Positions 17,383-27,012 of a stretch of DNA of 64,000 nt are shown piece after piece (positions within the stretch are counted from its first letter, which is position 1; each line of letters starts with the position of its first letter). The stretch is from sequence record MN850577.1. One strand, written 5' to 3'. The position numbers and the translations under genes are program-made. The notes under the pieces are model-generated. The model did no database searches. It was not told where the DNA came from and was given only the letters and a program-made list of their open reading frames with translations. The DNA is from Escherichia phage heid.

Positions 17383-18512
17383 TTAAAGCAAAGACTTACC
17401 CAGACTTCAAAGAGTTTGTGAAGGGCTTCATTGCAAACGTAAAAGCTGGTAAGAGATATGATTTTAGAGCATATCAAGAGGCTATTTTACCGCTTACCTA
17501 TAGTTCGTATTGGCCTGAAGCTGATATTGCAGAAGTTGAGGAGTTTGACTACAAACCAGACTACAAAGTTCCATTTAGTGATGAGTTGCTTTACAACATT
17601 GGTGCTCAAATGAGAACTTCTGACTTCTTCATGGACTTACAATATGCAATTATCAATGGTAAAGATGTTGATACAATTTATTGTGAATGGCTGGCAAGAG
17701 TTAAACCGTTCTCAATGTTGAATGCTAAGTTGAAGGATGCTATCAAGCCACCATCAATCACTCAGCAACCAACCAATCAAACAGTAAATGAAGGGGGTAC
17801 ACTTACCCTAAGCGTTATTGCAACTAATGTCACTGGATATCAATGGAAAAAGGATGGTGAGGACATCCCTAGTGCCAATTCTGCAACTTACACAAAACAG
17901 TCAGTAGCACCTTCTGACGCTGGTTCATACACTTGTGTTGTATCTGGAGAGGGTGGAACAAGTGTTACCTCAGATGCAGCAACAGTGACTGTGAACGCAC
18001 TACCTGTGATTACACAACAACCTTCTAGCCAGACCATCAATGAGGGTGGAAACATCAGCTTGGAAGTGACTGCAACGGGTGCAACGGGTTACCAGTGGAA
18101 GAAAGATGGCTCTGACATTCCTTCAGCGACAAATGCTACCTATAGCAAGTCTGGTGCTCTGCCAGCAGATGCAGGTTCATACACTTGCGTTGTAACAGGT
18201 GCAGGTGGTTCTGTTACTTCTAGCCCTGCAACAGTTACTGTGAATGCACTTCCGGTAATCACTCAGCAACCAACCAATCAAGAAATCACTGAAGGTGAGA
18301 CCTTAACACTGAATGTTGTGGCAACAGGTGCGACAGGTTATCAGTGGAAGAAAGGTGAGGAAGTCATCCCAGACGCAACTGCTGCAACTTACACCAAAGA
18401 AGGTGCAACCGCTGCTGATGCAGGAAGCTACACCTGTGTAGTGACTGGCGCAGGTGGCTCTGTAACATCTAATGCGGCAACAGTTACAGTTAACCCAGCA
18501 GGGGAGGCATAA
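17379..18512 (+). CDS. Ig-like-repeat protein (Hoc-like surface/adhesin candidate)
   Basis: 377 aa; N-domain paralogous to the upstream gene, then three tandem about 83-aa repeats (ITQQP..NEGG.L.L.V.ATG.TGYQWKKDG.DIP.A..ATY.K....DAGSYTCVV.G.GG.VTS..ATVTVN) with Ig-like W and Y-x-C positions. Confidence 0.6.
   Translation: MIKAKTYPDFKEFVKGFIANVKAGKRYDFRAYQEAILPLTYSSYWPEADIAEVEEFDYKPDYKVPFSDELLYNIGAQMRTSDFFMDLQYAIINGKDVDTIYCEWLARVKPFSMLNAKLKDAIKPPSITQQPTNQTVNEGGTLTLSVIATNVTGYQWKKDGEDIPSANSATYTKQSVAPSDAGSYTCVVSGEGGTSVTSDAATVTVNALPVITQQPSSQTINEGGNISLEVTATGATGYQWKKDGSDIPSATNATYSKSGALPADAGSYTCVVTGAGGSVTSSPATVTVNALPVITQQPTNQEITEGETLTLNVVATGATGYQWKKGEEVIPDATAATYTKEGATAADAGSYTCVVTGAGGSVTSNAATVTVNPAGEA
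17754..18500 (+). repeat. three tandem about 249-bp coding repeats (Ig-like domains)
   Basis: Near-identical DNA segments, e.g. actcagcaaccaaccaatcaa at about 17761 and 18261; repeat unit equals one Ig-like domain. Confidence 0.6.
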
Positions 18513-18976
18513 TGCAACTCTCAAGAAAAGGTTTAGATGCTATTAAGTTCTTCGAAGGTCTGGAGTTAGAGGCTTACGAAGATTCTGCCGGAATCCCAAC
18601 AATCGGGTATGGGACAATCCGTATTGACGGAAAACCTGTTAAGATGGGTATGAAGATTACCGCTGAACAAGCTGAACAGTATCTTCTCGCAGATGTTGAA
18701 AAGTTTGTTGCAGCAGTGAACAAAGCCGTCAATGTTCCAACTTCTCAGAATGAGTTTGACGCACTTGTAAGTGAAACATACAACATTGGTATCACAGCTA
18801 TGCAGGATTCCACATTTATCAAGCGCCACAATGCTGGTAATAAGGTGGGTTGTGCAGAAGCTATGCAGTGGTGGAACAAGGTTACAGTCAAAGGTAAGAA
18901 GGTCACTTCAAACGGACTGAAAAACAGACGTAGAATGGAAGCTGACATTTATCTTGACAGTGTATACCCAAAGTAA
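18512..18976 (+). CDS. endolysin, T4-lysozyme-like (GH24) muramidase
   Basis: 154 aa; catalytic-region motif FEGLELEAYEDSAGIPTIGYGT matches the E...D...T triad spacing of T4 lysozyme-type enzymes. Confidence 0.7.
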   Translation: MQLSRKGLDAIKFFEGLELEAYEDSAGIPTIGYGTIRIDGKPVKMGMKITAEQAEQYLLADVEKFVAAVNKAVNVPTSQNEFDALVSETYNIGITAMQDSTFIKRHNAGNKVGCAEAMQWWNKVTVKGKKVTSNGLKNRRRMEADIYLDSVYPK

Positions 18977-18986
18977 TATCTTCATA

Positions 18987-19008
18987 GGCTCCTTCGGGAG
19001 CCTTTTTT
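18987..19008 (+). terminator. rho-independent terminator after the endolysin gene
   Basis: GGCTCC-TTCG-GGAGCC hairpin followed by TTTTTT. Confidence 0.7.
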
Positions 19009-19027
19009 ATTTTCTAAGGAGAAAACT

Positions 19028-19426
19028 ATGAAACTTTGGGCTAGTGACTTTGGGACTTTTAAGTACACTCGTAATGGCTCGCTTGTACGCATTGTCGGGA
19101 ACAATGTGGTTTCAAGAGGTGACAAGGTATATACACGGTTTACTGTAGAGCTTGTTGAACTGTCACCTATTGAGTCTGTGAACAATGGCCTGTTCAAGTT
19201 TGAGACTTACAATGTCAACGAACATGGACAATTCAACCCTCTCGGTGAAAGTGGACTTGATATTATTTCAGAGCACCCATTGACAAAAGAGCAACTTGCA
19301 AGTTATTATAAAACTGTTCTGGAAAGGCAGTTAGCAACACATGAACAAGAAGCTAACTATCATTTACAACATTGCGAAGCTTTAAGAGCAAAAATCGAAC
19401 AAGCAGAGAGAGGTTTCTATGAATAA
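19028..19426 (+). CDS. hypothetical protein
   Basis: 132 aa ORF with upstream RBS (AGGAGAAAA); compact operon with downstream overlapping genes. Confidence 0.5.
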   Translation: MKLWASDFGTFKYTRNGSLVRIVGNNVVSRGDKVYTRFTVELVELSPIESVNNGLFKFETYNVNEHGQFNPLGESGLDIISEHPLTKEQLASYYKTVLERQLATHEQEANYHLQHCEALRAKIEQAERGFYE

Positions 19427-19808
19427 AGAGATTCAAGTAAAAGTTGACACTTTTGGCCATGATGGCCGTGAAGACGCTGGTCTTGCTGATGCAGTAATTT
19501 TTGAGTGTAATGGTAATATCAGCCTTCGTTTTACAGGCTCAGGTAGCACACTACGTAGGATGCGAGATGATGCAGATGGCTGCCCTGTATTTGGTTGGTA
19601 TGACATGGAGTTCCCACTTTATGCAATCCATTATCCAGATGGTGGGGAAGATTGGACAACTCAATCAATCCGTGATGAGCTTAACGGTATTCCAGTTGAG
19701 CAAGAAGAGCAAGAGCCTGTTGAACTCACCTTCACTTTTATCAAAGAAGAGAAAGTTGGTGATTTGTCTGTAACTGAAGCAATTCAAGTCTCACAGGTTA
19801 TTCGTTAA
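19419..19808 (+). CDS. hypothetical protein
   Basis: 129 aa ORF; start overlaps the stop of the previous gene. Confidence 0.5.
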   Translation: MNKEIQVKVDTFGHDGREDAGLADAVIFECNGNISLRFTGSGSTLRRMRDDADGCPVFGWYDMEFPLYAIHYPDGGEDWTTQSIRDELNGIPVEQEEQEPVELTFTFIKEEKVGDLSVTEAIQVSQVIR

Positions 19809-20101
19809 TGAGTAAAGTACAGGTTGTTTTCCCTATTTGTGACTTCTCACTAGAGCGTGAACTTGACCTGTACGAAGAAATTACTGACGAAATCATCTGG
19901 TCTGTTGTAGAAGAGGCTATCAAGAAGCTGTATGGTGGCCTCTTAAACCCATCAAGTAAAAAGCTCAACACTAAACAAGTAGCTGATACGTACACTGCAT
20001 ACGATGCCTACAACAAGCCTTTTGAAAATACCTGCTTTGACCTTATGGTAGGTAATAATAAAGTCAACTATTTCTTCGTCAGAGAGTTTAACGATGAGTA
20101 A
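19808..20101 (+). CDS. hypothetical protein
   Basis: 97 aa ORF, overlap-coupled to neighbours. Confidence 0.45.
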   Translation: MSKVQVVFPICDFSLERELDLYEEITDEIIWSVVEEAIKKLYGGLLNPSSKKLNTKQVADTYTAYDAYNKPFENTCFDLMVGNNKVNYFFVREFNDE

Positions 20102-20438
20102 GCTCCATGTCACAGTGTACAAAAACTTCTCAGATATCAAAGAGTCTTTAACAAATAAGCTTGACTTACAACGTAAAAGACTCTTTTTAATGTACGATAT
20201 AGACAACTACAACCATCCTAAAGAGTTCAACTACAAAGATGGTACAAAGGTTGTTGAGTTTGAAGATTCTGTGACGGTGTATGTCAAATATGACTTACCA
20301 GCAAAGTACATAGGGATGTTAGAGTATTACATATTCAAACATACAGGTATGCGTGGTGAAGCTGTCAAGATATCTTCTATAGAAGTTTTTGAGAAACCTA
20401 ACACACAACTTAAAAAGTATTTAATGAGGAAACTGTAA
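20094..20438 (+). CDS. hypothetical protein
   Basis: 114 aa ORF, overlap-coupled. Confidence 0.45.
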   Translation: MSKLHVTVYKNFSDIKESLTNKLDLQRKRLFLMYDIDNYNHPKEFNYKDGTKVVEFEDSVTVYVKYDLPAKYIGMLEYYIFKHTGMRGEAVKISSIEVFEKPNTQLKKYLMRKL

Positions 20439-21019
20439 TGTCCGAAGAGCAACAGGATATCATTCCACAAGTAACATTAGTCCAACATTTTGGAAACATT
20501 GAAGGGTGTGTTGCACTTTTTCAACCGAGTATCAATTCCCCTGCAAAAGTTTGCAAGTTGACTATGAATGTTAATAACATTAGTGTCTGCCTTGTTGATG
20601 AAGTCCAGTACTTCAAGTTTAATGACAGAGAGGTTGATGCTGCACTATTGAAGTACCGAGCAAGCCTAGAAAAAGACATCGACCACAAAGAACTTGTAAC
20701 ACTGTTTGGTGACCTTCACAAGCTTCTTGAAAAGGTTATTAAGCGCACATATTACATGAACAATGGTTCAATCATCACCACTTTGATTTCACCATGTATT
20801 TCAGAGCCAATTTTAACTGATGATGGTGGATACTACGTGGTAGCATCAGCAGATTCTGATTGGTGGATGAAGAACACAGCACTTAAAACAGTGATTGATG
20901 CTATCCGTGAACACATCCCTTCATTCAGCCCGTGGAAAGGTAAAAGTGATGATTTCATTGCACTATTGAGTGAAGAGAGTAACAAGCGCAGTGCATTACT
21001 GCCTAAAAAATACTCTTGA
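20438..21019 (+). CDS. hypothetical protein
   Basis: 193 aa ORF, overlap-coupled. Confidence 0.5.
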   Translation: MSEEQQDIIPQVTLVQHFGNIEGCVALFQPSINSPAKVCKLTMNVNNISVCLVDEVQYFKFNDREVDAALLKYRASLEKDIDHKELVTLFGDLHKLLEKVIKRTYYMNNGSIITTLISPCISEPILTDDGGYYVVASADSDWWMKNTALKTVIDAIREHIPSFSPWKGKSDDFIALLSEESNKRSALLPKKYS

Positions 21020-21102
21020 CCGAGTATACAAAACTGATTATGATGGGAGCTATCGAGAGGTAGTTCCCTTTTTAGTTTCTAGAGAAGAGACATGGTAAAA
21101 GA

Positions 21103-21321
21103 ATGAAAAAGTTAACTACAGTTGAAGATTACTACAAACTTTCCCTGTTAGAACAGTATCGCAGAAGCCAGAATATCAGAAAATGCTATGGTAAGTACGC
21201 TGAAGGCGATTTTTACCATTGCTATGATGCAGATTTAAAAGGCGTAACACCTAGAGGGAAAGTTCTGCAAAGATTTGTTGACCTTGAATGGAACAAACGA
21301 TTGAGAGGGGTTGGGAAATGA
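21103..21321 (+). CDS. hypothetical protein
   Basis: 72 aa ORF. Confidence 0.4.
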   Translation: MKKLTTVEDYYKLSLLEQYRRSQNIRKCYGKYAEGDFYHCYDADLKGVTPRGKVLQRFVDLEWNKRLRGVGK

Positions 21322-21821
21322 TTTACGAAGAAAGATACAAAATAGATTACCAGAAGACTGGTCATCATGTCTCCCTAAGAGTAACAAAACCAAATGGAGA
21401 TACCGGTATCATAGCACATTTTGGTGGTGATTACTGGTACGGTACAGGTTGCTTTGAAGGCTACACTCAAGAATACTTGAAAGCTTTCTACAGAGACTTT
21501 ACAAATGACTACAACAGTGTTGTTGAAGAGAAGAATAAGTGCATTAAGCATGAATACCATGCCAGAGGTTGTCTGAATATTGCCATGATACTGGTTTTCT
21601 TCTTAGCAACATTACTAGCCGTATCAGCAATCAGCTACATAGCTCAAGACTTGACTATTACACAGATTACTGCAAAGGTATATGATGTTTGGTACTTGTA
21701 TGCTGTTCCTTTAGCTGGTATCATAATCTCACTACTAAGATTCAGAGTTCATAAGAAACGACTTAAGGACTCTGAAGTTAAACTTGAAGAGGTAAGTAAA
21801 GAATGCAACCTACAATTATAG
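21318..21821 (+). CDS. hypothetical membrane protein
   Basis: Likely start MIYEERYK (ATGA overlap with upstream stop); C-terminal region has two hydrophobic helices (IAMILVFFLATLLAVSAISYI; LYAVPLAGIIISLL). Confidence 0.45.
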   Translation: MIYEERYKIDYQKTGHHVSLRVTKPNGDTGIIAHFGGDYWYGTGCFEGYTQEYLKAFYRDFTNDYNSVVEEKNKCIKHEYHARGCLNIAMILVFFLATLLAVSAISYIAQDLTITQITAKVYDVWYLYAVPLAGIIISLLRFRVHKKRLKDSEVKLEEVSKECNLQL

Positions 21822-21897
21822 CTGTATGTGTTCGTTTTGCAATCGCTGAAATGATTAACAAGGCAATCTTAAAAGATGCCTATGGAGAGACTAAACA

Positions 21898-22122
21898 ATG
21901 ATTAAGACACCTGTACCAATTTTTGGATTTCCTTCTATAGAAGAGTTCAAAGTTTATCTTGACAAAAACTTCTACAACGAGCAGCCTGTTACTTTGCTGA
22001 AGAGTGACTTATCAGAGCTTCTTGATATGGTTATTAAGGCAACTTCTGAGAAGGAGCCTGAACAGAAAGCTGAGAAGAAGACTAGTAAGAAATCCGACAA
22101 GAAGACTGAAAAGTCTGAGTAA
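21898..22122 (+). CDS. hypothetical protein with lysine-rich C-terminus
   Basis: 74 aa ORF; followed by hairpin AGGGGTTACTTGATAGCCCCT. Confidence 0.4.
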   Translation: MIKTPVPIFGFPSIEEFKVYLDKNFYNEQPVTLLKSDLSELLDMVIKATSEKEPEQKAEKKTSKKSDKKTEKSE

Positions 22123-22174
22123 TAACTTAGGGGTTACTTGATAGCCCCTTTGTAGAAACTTAGAAGGTAGCGAA

Positions 22175-22639
22175 ATGAAAATTAAAGAAGTCGTTCAAAA
22201 AGCAATGCTTGACAACTCAACTAAAGATGAAATGTACAAAGAGATTTGTGATAAGTTGAATTGTTCAAGACATGCTGCTAAGGCTCTTGTACATTGTTTT
22301 ATCTGGGAATGCTCAGAGGCTTATATGCAATATGTAGCTTTTGAAAGTTCTCACTTGCTAGGTGATGTAGAAGCTGGTGATAAGCTAAAAGAGCCTGAGA
22401 TGAAAACAGTCCCTAGAGTCGGTAATACATACCCTCTTAAAGATTTCAAGACTGGAAAGATTGTTGCAAAAGGTGTAGTAGAATCTGTTTATCATGATGG
22501 TAAATACTTACTTAAAATATTTGAGTATGATAGCCACTATACGCACTTATGTGGGATTACATTCTTAGTAACAGAAGAAGACCTTATTAAGAACAATGGC
22601 AACAAGTTTGCAGTACCAGCCTACCAAGTTTTACGATAA
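22175..22639 (+). CDS. hypothetical protein
   Basis: 154 aa ORF with RBS upstream. Confidence 0.45.
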   Translation: MKIKEVVQKAMLDNSTKDEMYKEICDKLNCSRHAAKALVHCFIWECSEAYMQYVAFESSHLLGDVEAGDKLKEPEMKTVPRVGNTYPLKDFKTGKIVAKGVVESVYHDGKYLLKIFEYDSHYTHLCGITFLVTEEDLIKNNGNKFAVPAYQVLR

Positions 22640-23201
22640 TGGTGTGATAGCTATGGAAAAAGATAACTTAAAAGAAGTTGAAGGTAACTACCTAGTACTT
22701 GACTGGAGCGATATTCGGGAAGCACTATCCGAAGAAAGCCTTGACCTGCTAGAGCAACTTATCTTCTCAGTACGCCATACCAGAGGTATTGTAAACGGTA
22801 AAGAGCCACTTGAAGGAATCTTTGTAGAGAAGTCTTATCCGTTCTATGAAGACACCTTGCAGAAGGTTAAAATGTACTTCAGACAGAAGAACCGTAAAGT
22901 GGTCACTATGGTATCTCTTGGTGGACAGAGTATGTCTATTATGGAAGATATCAACCCTAAGAGACCGAGTAAAGGTGTCTGTATAAAAATCACAGGTCAT
23001 GAAGAGTATATCTCAGCAAGTGATTTTAGTGTATTCTGTAATGGTTCTGCTGTCTTTAATGGGTTTCACTATGATATCCGAGTGTACCCAATCAAGGGAG
23101 ATGCTGTTATGATGCAGATATTCGATAACAACAACGGATTCACTCATTTTTATCAGACAACCAAGTCATCACTAAAAACAGTTTTAGAAAGTCTGATTTA
23201 A
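22596..23201 (+). CDS. hypothetical protein (start uncertain, possibly MEKDNLKEV at about 22653)
   Basis: 201 aa ORF; last gene of the plus-strand block, followed by a hairpin/T-run near 23205-23245. Confidence 0.45.
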   Translation: MATSLQYQPTKFYDNGVIAMEKDNLKEVEGNYLVLDWSDIREALSEESLDLLEQLIFSVRHTRGIVNGKEPLEGIFVEKSYPFYEDTLQKVKMYFRQKNRKVVTMVSLGGQSMSIMEDINPKRPSKGVCIKITGHEEYISASDFSVFCNGSAVFNGFHYDIRVYPIKGDAVMMQIFDNNNGFTHFYQTTKSSLKTVLESLI

Positions 23202-23204
23202 AAT

Positions 23205-24880
23205 ATCTTAAGAGCCTCCTTAATTGGGGGCTTTTTAATTTTTATAAAATTCCATCGGTTGTCCCAACCTCTGGGTCACCAGCATATGTGAACAAAATAT
23301 CTATCCTTCTTAACAACCCTCTTAATCTTACTCTCTATATAGTTATATAGTACTATATAGTATCTTAGTAACTATCTAGTGGTCTTAATAGCCCTCTGTA
23401 TAACCCTTCTAACAAGCCCTCTAACAAGCCTTCTTAACAACCTATACAATCACCTTAACCATCTCTCTATACCCTCTTAGAAGCTCCTATACACCTCTTA
23501 ATCTCTAGGTTAGCTATGATACCCTCTATAGGTGTTCACTAGGTATTACTAAGCCTCTATATAGACTGTTTTAACAAACTTAACAGGAATATCTTTACAG
23601 ACCTTATCTCACAAGGTCTAACACGGTACTAACAAGGTATCTTATAAGCCTGTTATTACCTGTATTTTTAAAAGACTGTCTAGGTAATTATTCAGAATCT
23701 TAAAATTTTTATAAAATAGGACTATCAAGTCATTTTTTAGGGTCTTTGAAGGAACTGAAAAATATCTGTAGAAGATGTATATCTGCTTGGTAGCCCTTAA
23801 CAACTCCCTTACAAGTACTTTGCAAAATTTTAAAATATCCTTAACAATTTCTTAACAACTCTCTCAAGCTCTTAACAACCCTTCAAAGGTCTTAACAGAT
23901 TCTTAACAGAACTAACAAGGCTGTAACAGTTTTCTAGGGATTGGTAACAATACCAATTAACAAGTGCTGAATAGGCTTTACAGAATCTTAACAGATGACT
24001 AACAAGAGCTAACAAGTTAATTTTAAAGAGTTATTTTGTTAAGATAATTAACAAGTCTCTAACAAGTGTTTAATCTTTTTAACAAGCTATTAACATGGTC
24101 ACTATCTCTTGGTCTATAGTTCCCTTTCCCTCTTAGTGATTCTTTAAACATACCTCTTAAAAGCTCTCTATAGCTCTTTATAAGCTCTTTTAAGTCTCTT
24201 CCTAGTAGTTACACCCCAACTATACAGAAAGCTCTTTATAGGGCTTTACAGGAGCTTTTAAGGCTATGTCAAAGGCTCTTACAAGGTTTTTACATGGTCT
24301 TAACAGAGATTTAACAAGGGGCTAACAAGTTGCTAACAAGTGCCTTAAAAGCATAACTATGTAGGGTTTGTTAAGAAATTGTTAAGAAATTGTTAAGAAA
24401 ATGTTAAGGGGGCTAGCATTTACGTAACTTTTAAGCTACTTTATAGCCCCTATAACATACTTTTAAGACACTAACAAGCCCTTTTTAGATATTCACAAGA
24501 TAGCTAACGAGATGATAAAGCTTACACCCTTATAAGATTCTTTTAAGGCTGTAGGAAGCTTTATAAAGAGCTTTTAAGGGTGAGTTAATGCAATCCCTTA
24601 AGTTAGGTTGATAAGGCTGTTATAGAGCTTTATAGAGCGTTTAAACGGTTGCCCTTCCCTTTCGGGTTATGGGCTTTTATTTAAGTTGATTTGATAAGAG
24701 ATTATAGAGTAGACTATAGAGTTATTGCTTTTAAGGTCTGGTAAGATTCTATCGAATCAGTAGGGTAGATTCTGGAAAGGAAAGGAAAGGGATTGTATAG
24801 AGGTTATTACATAGACGTAAAAAAAGCCCCTATGAGAAGGAGCTTTGCAGGTATCTGGGGCTATTTAGCCCCGTTGCGTC
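23205..24880. repeat. 1.65 kb ORF-free repeat-dense region (TAACAA(G)-family short repeats in both orientations, tandem TTGTTAAGAAA x3, TATAGAG/TATATAG runs)
   Basis: No ORF of 60 aa or more in any frame; dozens of cttaacaa / ctaacaag / ttgttaag copies by eye; three exact tandem ttgttaagaaa units near 24363-24400; lies between the convergent plus- and minus-strand blocks. Confidence 0.7.
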
Positions 24881-24882
24881 GA

Positions 24883-25131
24883 TTAGTTGTAACCTTGTTT
24901 ATTGTAGTACAGTGAGATAATCAAGTCACCCCAGTAATGATAGTGATGCTCGTCGTTTAATGCCTCTTTTACAGCGTCTTTCCAGAAGTCATCAGTAGGG
25001 TTATAATCTGGGATAACTTGCTTGATAACTGTCTTCACTAATGAAAAGCATTCATCAGTTCCACCGATATCAAATTTAACGTCCAGAGTATAACAGCCAT
25101 AAGCATTGACAGTTGCGCGGATAGTTGCCAT
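24883..25131 (-). CDS. small-gene array gene 1, hypothetical (82 aa)
   Basis: ORF starting directly after a conserved type-A intergenic element (RBS TAGGAGA + 7 nt + ATG). Confidence 0.55.
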   Translation of the reverse strand: MATIRATVNAYGCYTLDVKFDIGGTDECFSLVKTVIKQVIPDYNPTDDFWKDAVKEALNDEHHYHYWGDLIISLYYNKQGYN

Positions 25132-25200
25132 TTTTTGAATCTCCTAGTTTAAGGACTTTACTTAGTGGGGAAGGTCATTCCCTCCCCGTTGATTAGTAAT
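25132..25200 (-). repeat. type-A intergenic element (copy 1)
   Basis: Minus strand: stop-ATTACTAATCAAC-GGGGAGGG-AATGA-CCTTCCCC-ACTAAGTAAAGTCCTTAAACTAGGAGATTCAAAA-ATG; hairpin plus RBS. Confidence 0.7.
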
Positions 25201-25464
25201 TTACTGCATGTTGGCGTATGTTGCAAGCCTTTTTTCGTTGTATTTTGTCAGAATCTCACAAGATAAAACATCATATTTTGTAACCGCTTTGCCTTTGTCG
25301 AGGTCAAAGAATCCGAACGCTTTACCATCTTTGAATCCGACAACTTCGTAAGATTCTTTGATGATTTCACCATTGAACAAATCACTTTCGATACGGTGAA
25401 ATAATGCTACATCTTCTTTGTCGGTTGCAATTTGTAAAAGTGTGGTTAATTCTACGTTTTCCAT
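25201..25464 (-). CDS. small-gene array gene 2, hypothetical (87 aa)
   Basis: ORF bounded on both sides by type-A elements. Confidence 0.55.
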   Translation of the reverse strand: MENVELTTLLQIATDKEDVALFHRIESDLFNGEIIKESYEVVGFKDGKAFGFFDLDKGKAVTKYDVLSCEILTKYNEKRLATYANMQ

Positions 25465-25527
25465 CTTGATGCCCCTAGTTTAAGGATTTTATTGAGTGGG
25501 GGAGGTCATCCCCCGTTAATGAGTAAT
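25465..25527 (-). repeat. type-A intergenic element (copy 2, diverged 5' end)
   Basis: tagtttaaggattttattgagtgggggaggtcatcccccgttaatgagtaattt; same hairpin core. Confidence 0.6.
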
Positions 25528-26058
25528 TTACAGATTTTTGATTGTCTCGTCAATGTCTTTTTCAATATCTTTTAAAGTTTTTTCTAAGTTCTTGATATTG
25601 AAAGATAAACCCTCTCCCAATGTTTTGCTGTAACCACTAGGGCGCAAGTCATGCAGTTCGATTTCTTCCACTTCGAAGAGACTAACCAACTCACCGCTTA
25701 CACTGTAAGCCATTGAAACAGTATTTACAGGGGCTTTATAGAACTTGTTTAAGGACTTGATAGAACGCTCATAAGCCATTTTATAACCGTTTAAAAGGTC
25801 TTTAACGTGGTTGCGAACGTTTTTACACTCATCTAAGTAAATCCCTAAGAATAGCGGTAATAACTCTGCTACAGCTTGCATAAAGTGAGAGACTACAACG
25901 GTTGCAACATTACGACGATGTACATAATAAGCCCCATTTTCTGATTTAGTGATGGTTGCAAAGTGTACCCCATTGCAGCGAAATTCGTAGGTATCTTTAA
26001 CAGGCTTAGCCATTACAGCATTTGAACGAATGTAGTTGATAGCTTGAAATTTGTTCAT
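25528..26058 (-). CDS. small-gene array gene 3, hypothetical (about 176 aa)
   Basis: Start revised to the ATG at 26058 (MNKFQAINY...) because the longer ORF call runs through the conserved element; RBS TAGGAGA at canonical spacing. Confidence 0.55.
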   Translation of the reverse strand: MNKFQAINYIRSNAVMAKPVKDTYEFRCNGVHFATITKSENGAYYVHRRNVATVVVSHFMQAVAELLPLFLGIYLDECKNVRNHVKDLLNGYKMAYERSIKSLNKFYKAPVNTVSMAYSVSGELVSLFEVEEIELHDLRPSGYSKTLGEGLSFNIKNLEKTLKDIEKDIDETIKNL

Positions 26059-26130
26059 TTTTGAATCTCCTAGTTTAAGGACTTTATTTAGTGGGGAGGT
26101 CATTACCTCCCGTTGATTAGTAATTTACTT
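26059..26130 (-). repeat. type-A intergenic element (copy 3)
   Basis: ttttgaatctcctagtttaaggactttatttagtggggaggtcattacctcccgttgattagtaatttac. Confidence 0.7.
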
Positions 26131-26218
26131 GTTTTGATATCTGATTGCAAGCAATTTTTTAAGTTTATCTATAAAGAATCTTTTAAGTTAATCCCTTTTA
26201 GATAAACCCCCTCGAACA

Positions 26219-26247
26219 AATCTACCAATGTCAAGGGGCGTTGTCAA
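26219..26247 (-). promoter_or_regulatory. sigma70-like promoter inside the small-gene array
   Basis: Minus strand TTGACA-ACGCCCCTTGACATTGG-TAGATT (17-nt spacer) in an ORF-free 150-nt spacer. Confidence 0.4.
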
Positions 26248-26279
26248 TACTTTTTTGAAAGTTTTTTGTAAGTTATTGA

Positions 26280-26621
26280 TTAACTGATGAATATTTTTTC
26301 AGGTTTTACATAGCTGATACGCTGACTTTTTAGCAGGTCATCCCAGATTAACGCGGCGATATGGGCATAACCGGATTCACGTAAAAGCTTCATTGTTTTA
26401 CTTCTCGTTTCAAAACGGCTTGCGTAGTACTCACTATTTAAAACCGTTTTATTCCCTTCGTTATCTACATGGATAATCTGCATCACTTGAAAGGGGCTTG
26501 TGTCCTCGCCTTTGTTCCACTGTTCAAAGTATTTTAGGCACTGCATAGGTGACATCTTATCACTTACTTGAGTTGACCAAGATGAATTTTCTTTATCGGT
26601 AATTACGGTTACATAAGCCAT
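26280..26621 (-). CDS. small-gene array gene 4, hypothetical (113 aa)
   Basis: ORF preceded by a type-A element. Confidence 0.55.
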   Translation of the reverse strand: MAYVTVITDKENSSWSTQVSDKMSPMQCLKYFEQWNKGEDTSPFQVMQIIHVDNEGNKTVLNSEYYASRFETRSKTMKLLRESGYAHIAALIWDDLLKSQRISYVKPEKIFIS

Positions 26622-26690
26622 TTTTGAATCTCCTAGTTTAAGGATTGTACTTAGTGGGGAAGGTCATTCCCTCCCCGTTGATTGACAATT
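26622..26690 (-). repeat. type-A intergenic element (copy 4)
   Basis: ttttgaatctcctagtttaaggattgtacttagtggggaaggtcattccctccccgttgattgacaatttac. Confidence 0.7.
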
Positions 26691-26712
26691 TACAGATTTT
26701 TATCAGGCTTGT

Positions 26713-26946
26713 CTAGTCTTTTTCAATGATAATTTCATACTGACCATCTACGCTGTCAAAATAGATACCGTCTTCATCTTCTGTCTTAAAGTAACATTGT
26801 ATATCATCACTAGCGGGATAGTCTTGTCTTGCTATCTGACAGACCTGAACAGCATTTTCTTTACTTCCTGTAAACTCCTCAAGCCCTTTAAAATCACATG
26901 AATGACCATTACAAATAGAAAGGATAAGATAAACGGTTGTAAGCAT
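26713..26946 (-). CDS. small-gene array gene 5, small Cys-containing protein with hydrophobic N-terminus (77 aa)
   Basis: MLTTVYLILSICNGHSC... signal-peptide-like N-terminus; preceded by terminator-like hairpin and RBS AAGAGG. Confidence 0.5.
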   Translation of the reverse strand: MLTTVYLILSICNGHSCDFKGLEEFTGSKENAVQVCQIARQDYPASDDIQCYFKTEDEDGIYFDSVDGQYEIIIEKD

Positions 26947-26960
26947 GATTTAAGCCTCTT

Positions 26961-26980
26961 AAAAGCCCCTGTGAGGGGCT
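26961..26980 (-). terminator. intrinsic terminator-like hairpin between array genes 6 and 5
   Basis: Minus strand AGCCCCTCACAGGGGCT followed by TTTT. Confidence 0.5.
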
Positions 26981-27012
26981 AATCAGTGTTTATAAGGTGA
27001 TTGCATAGGTTT

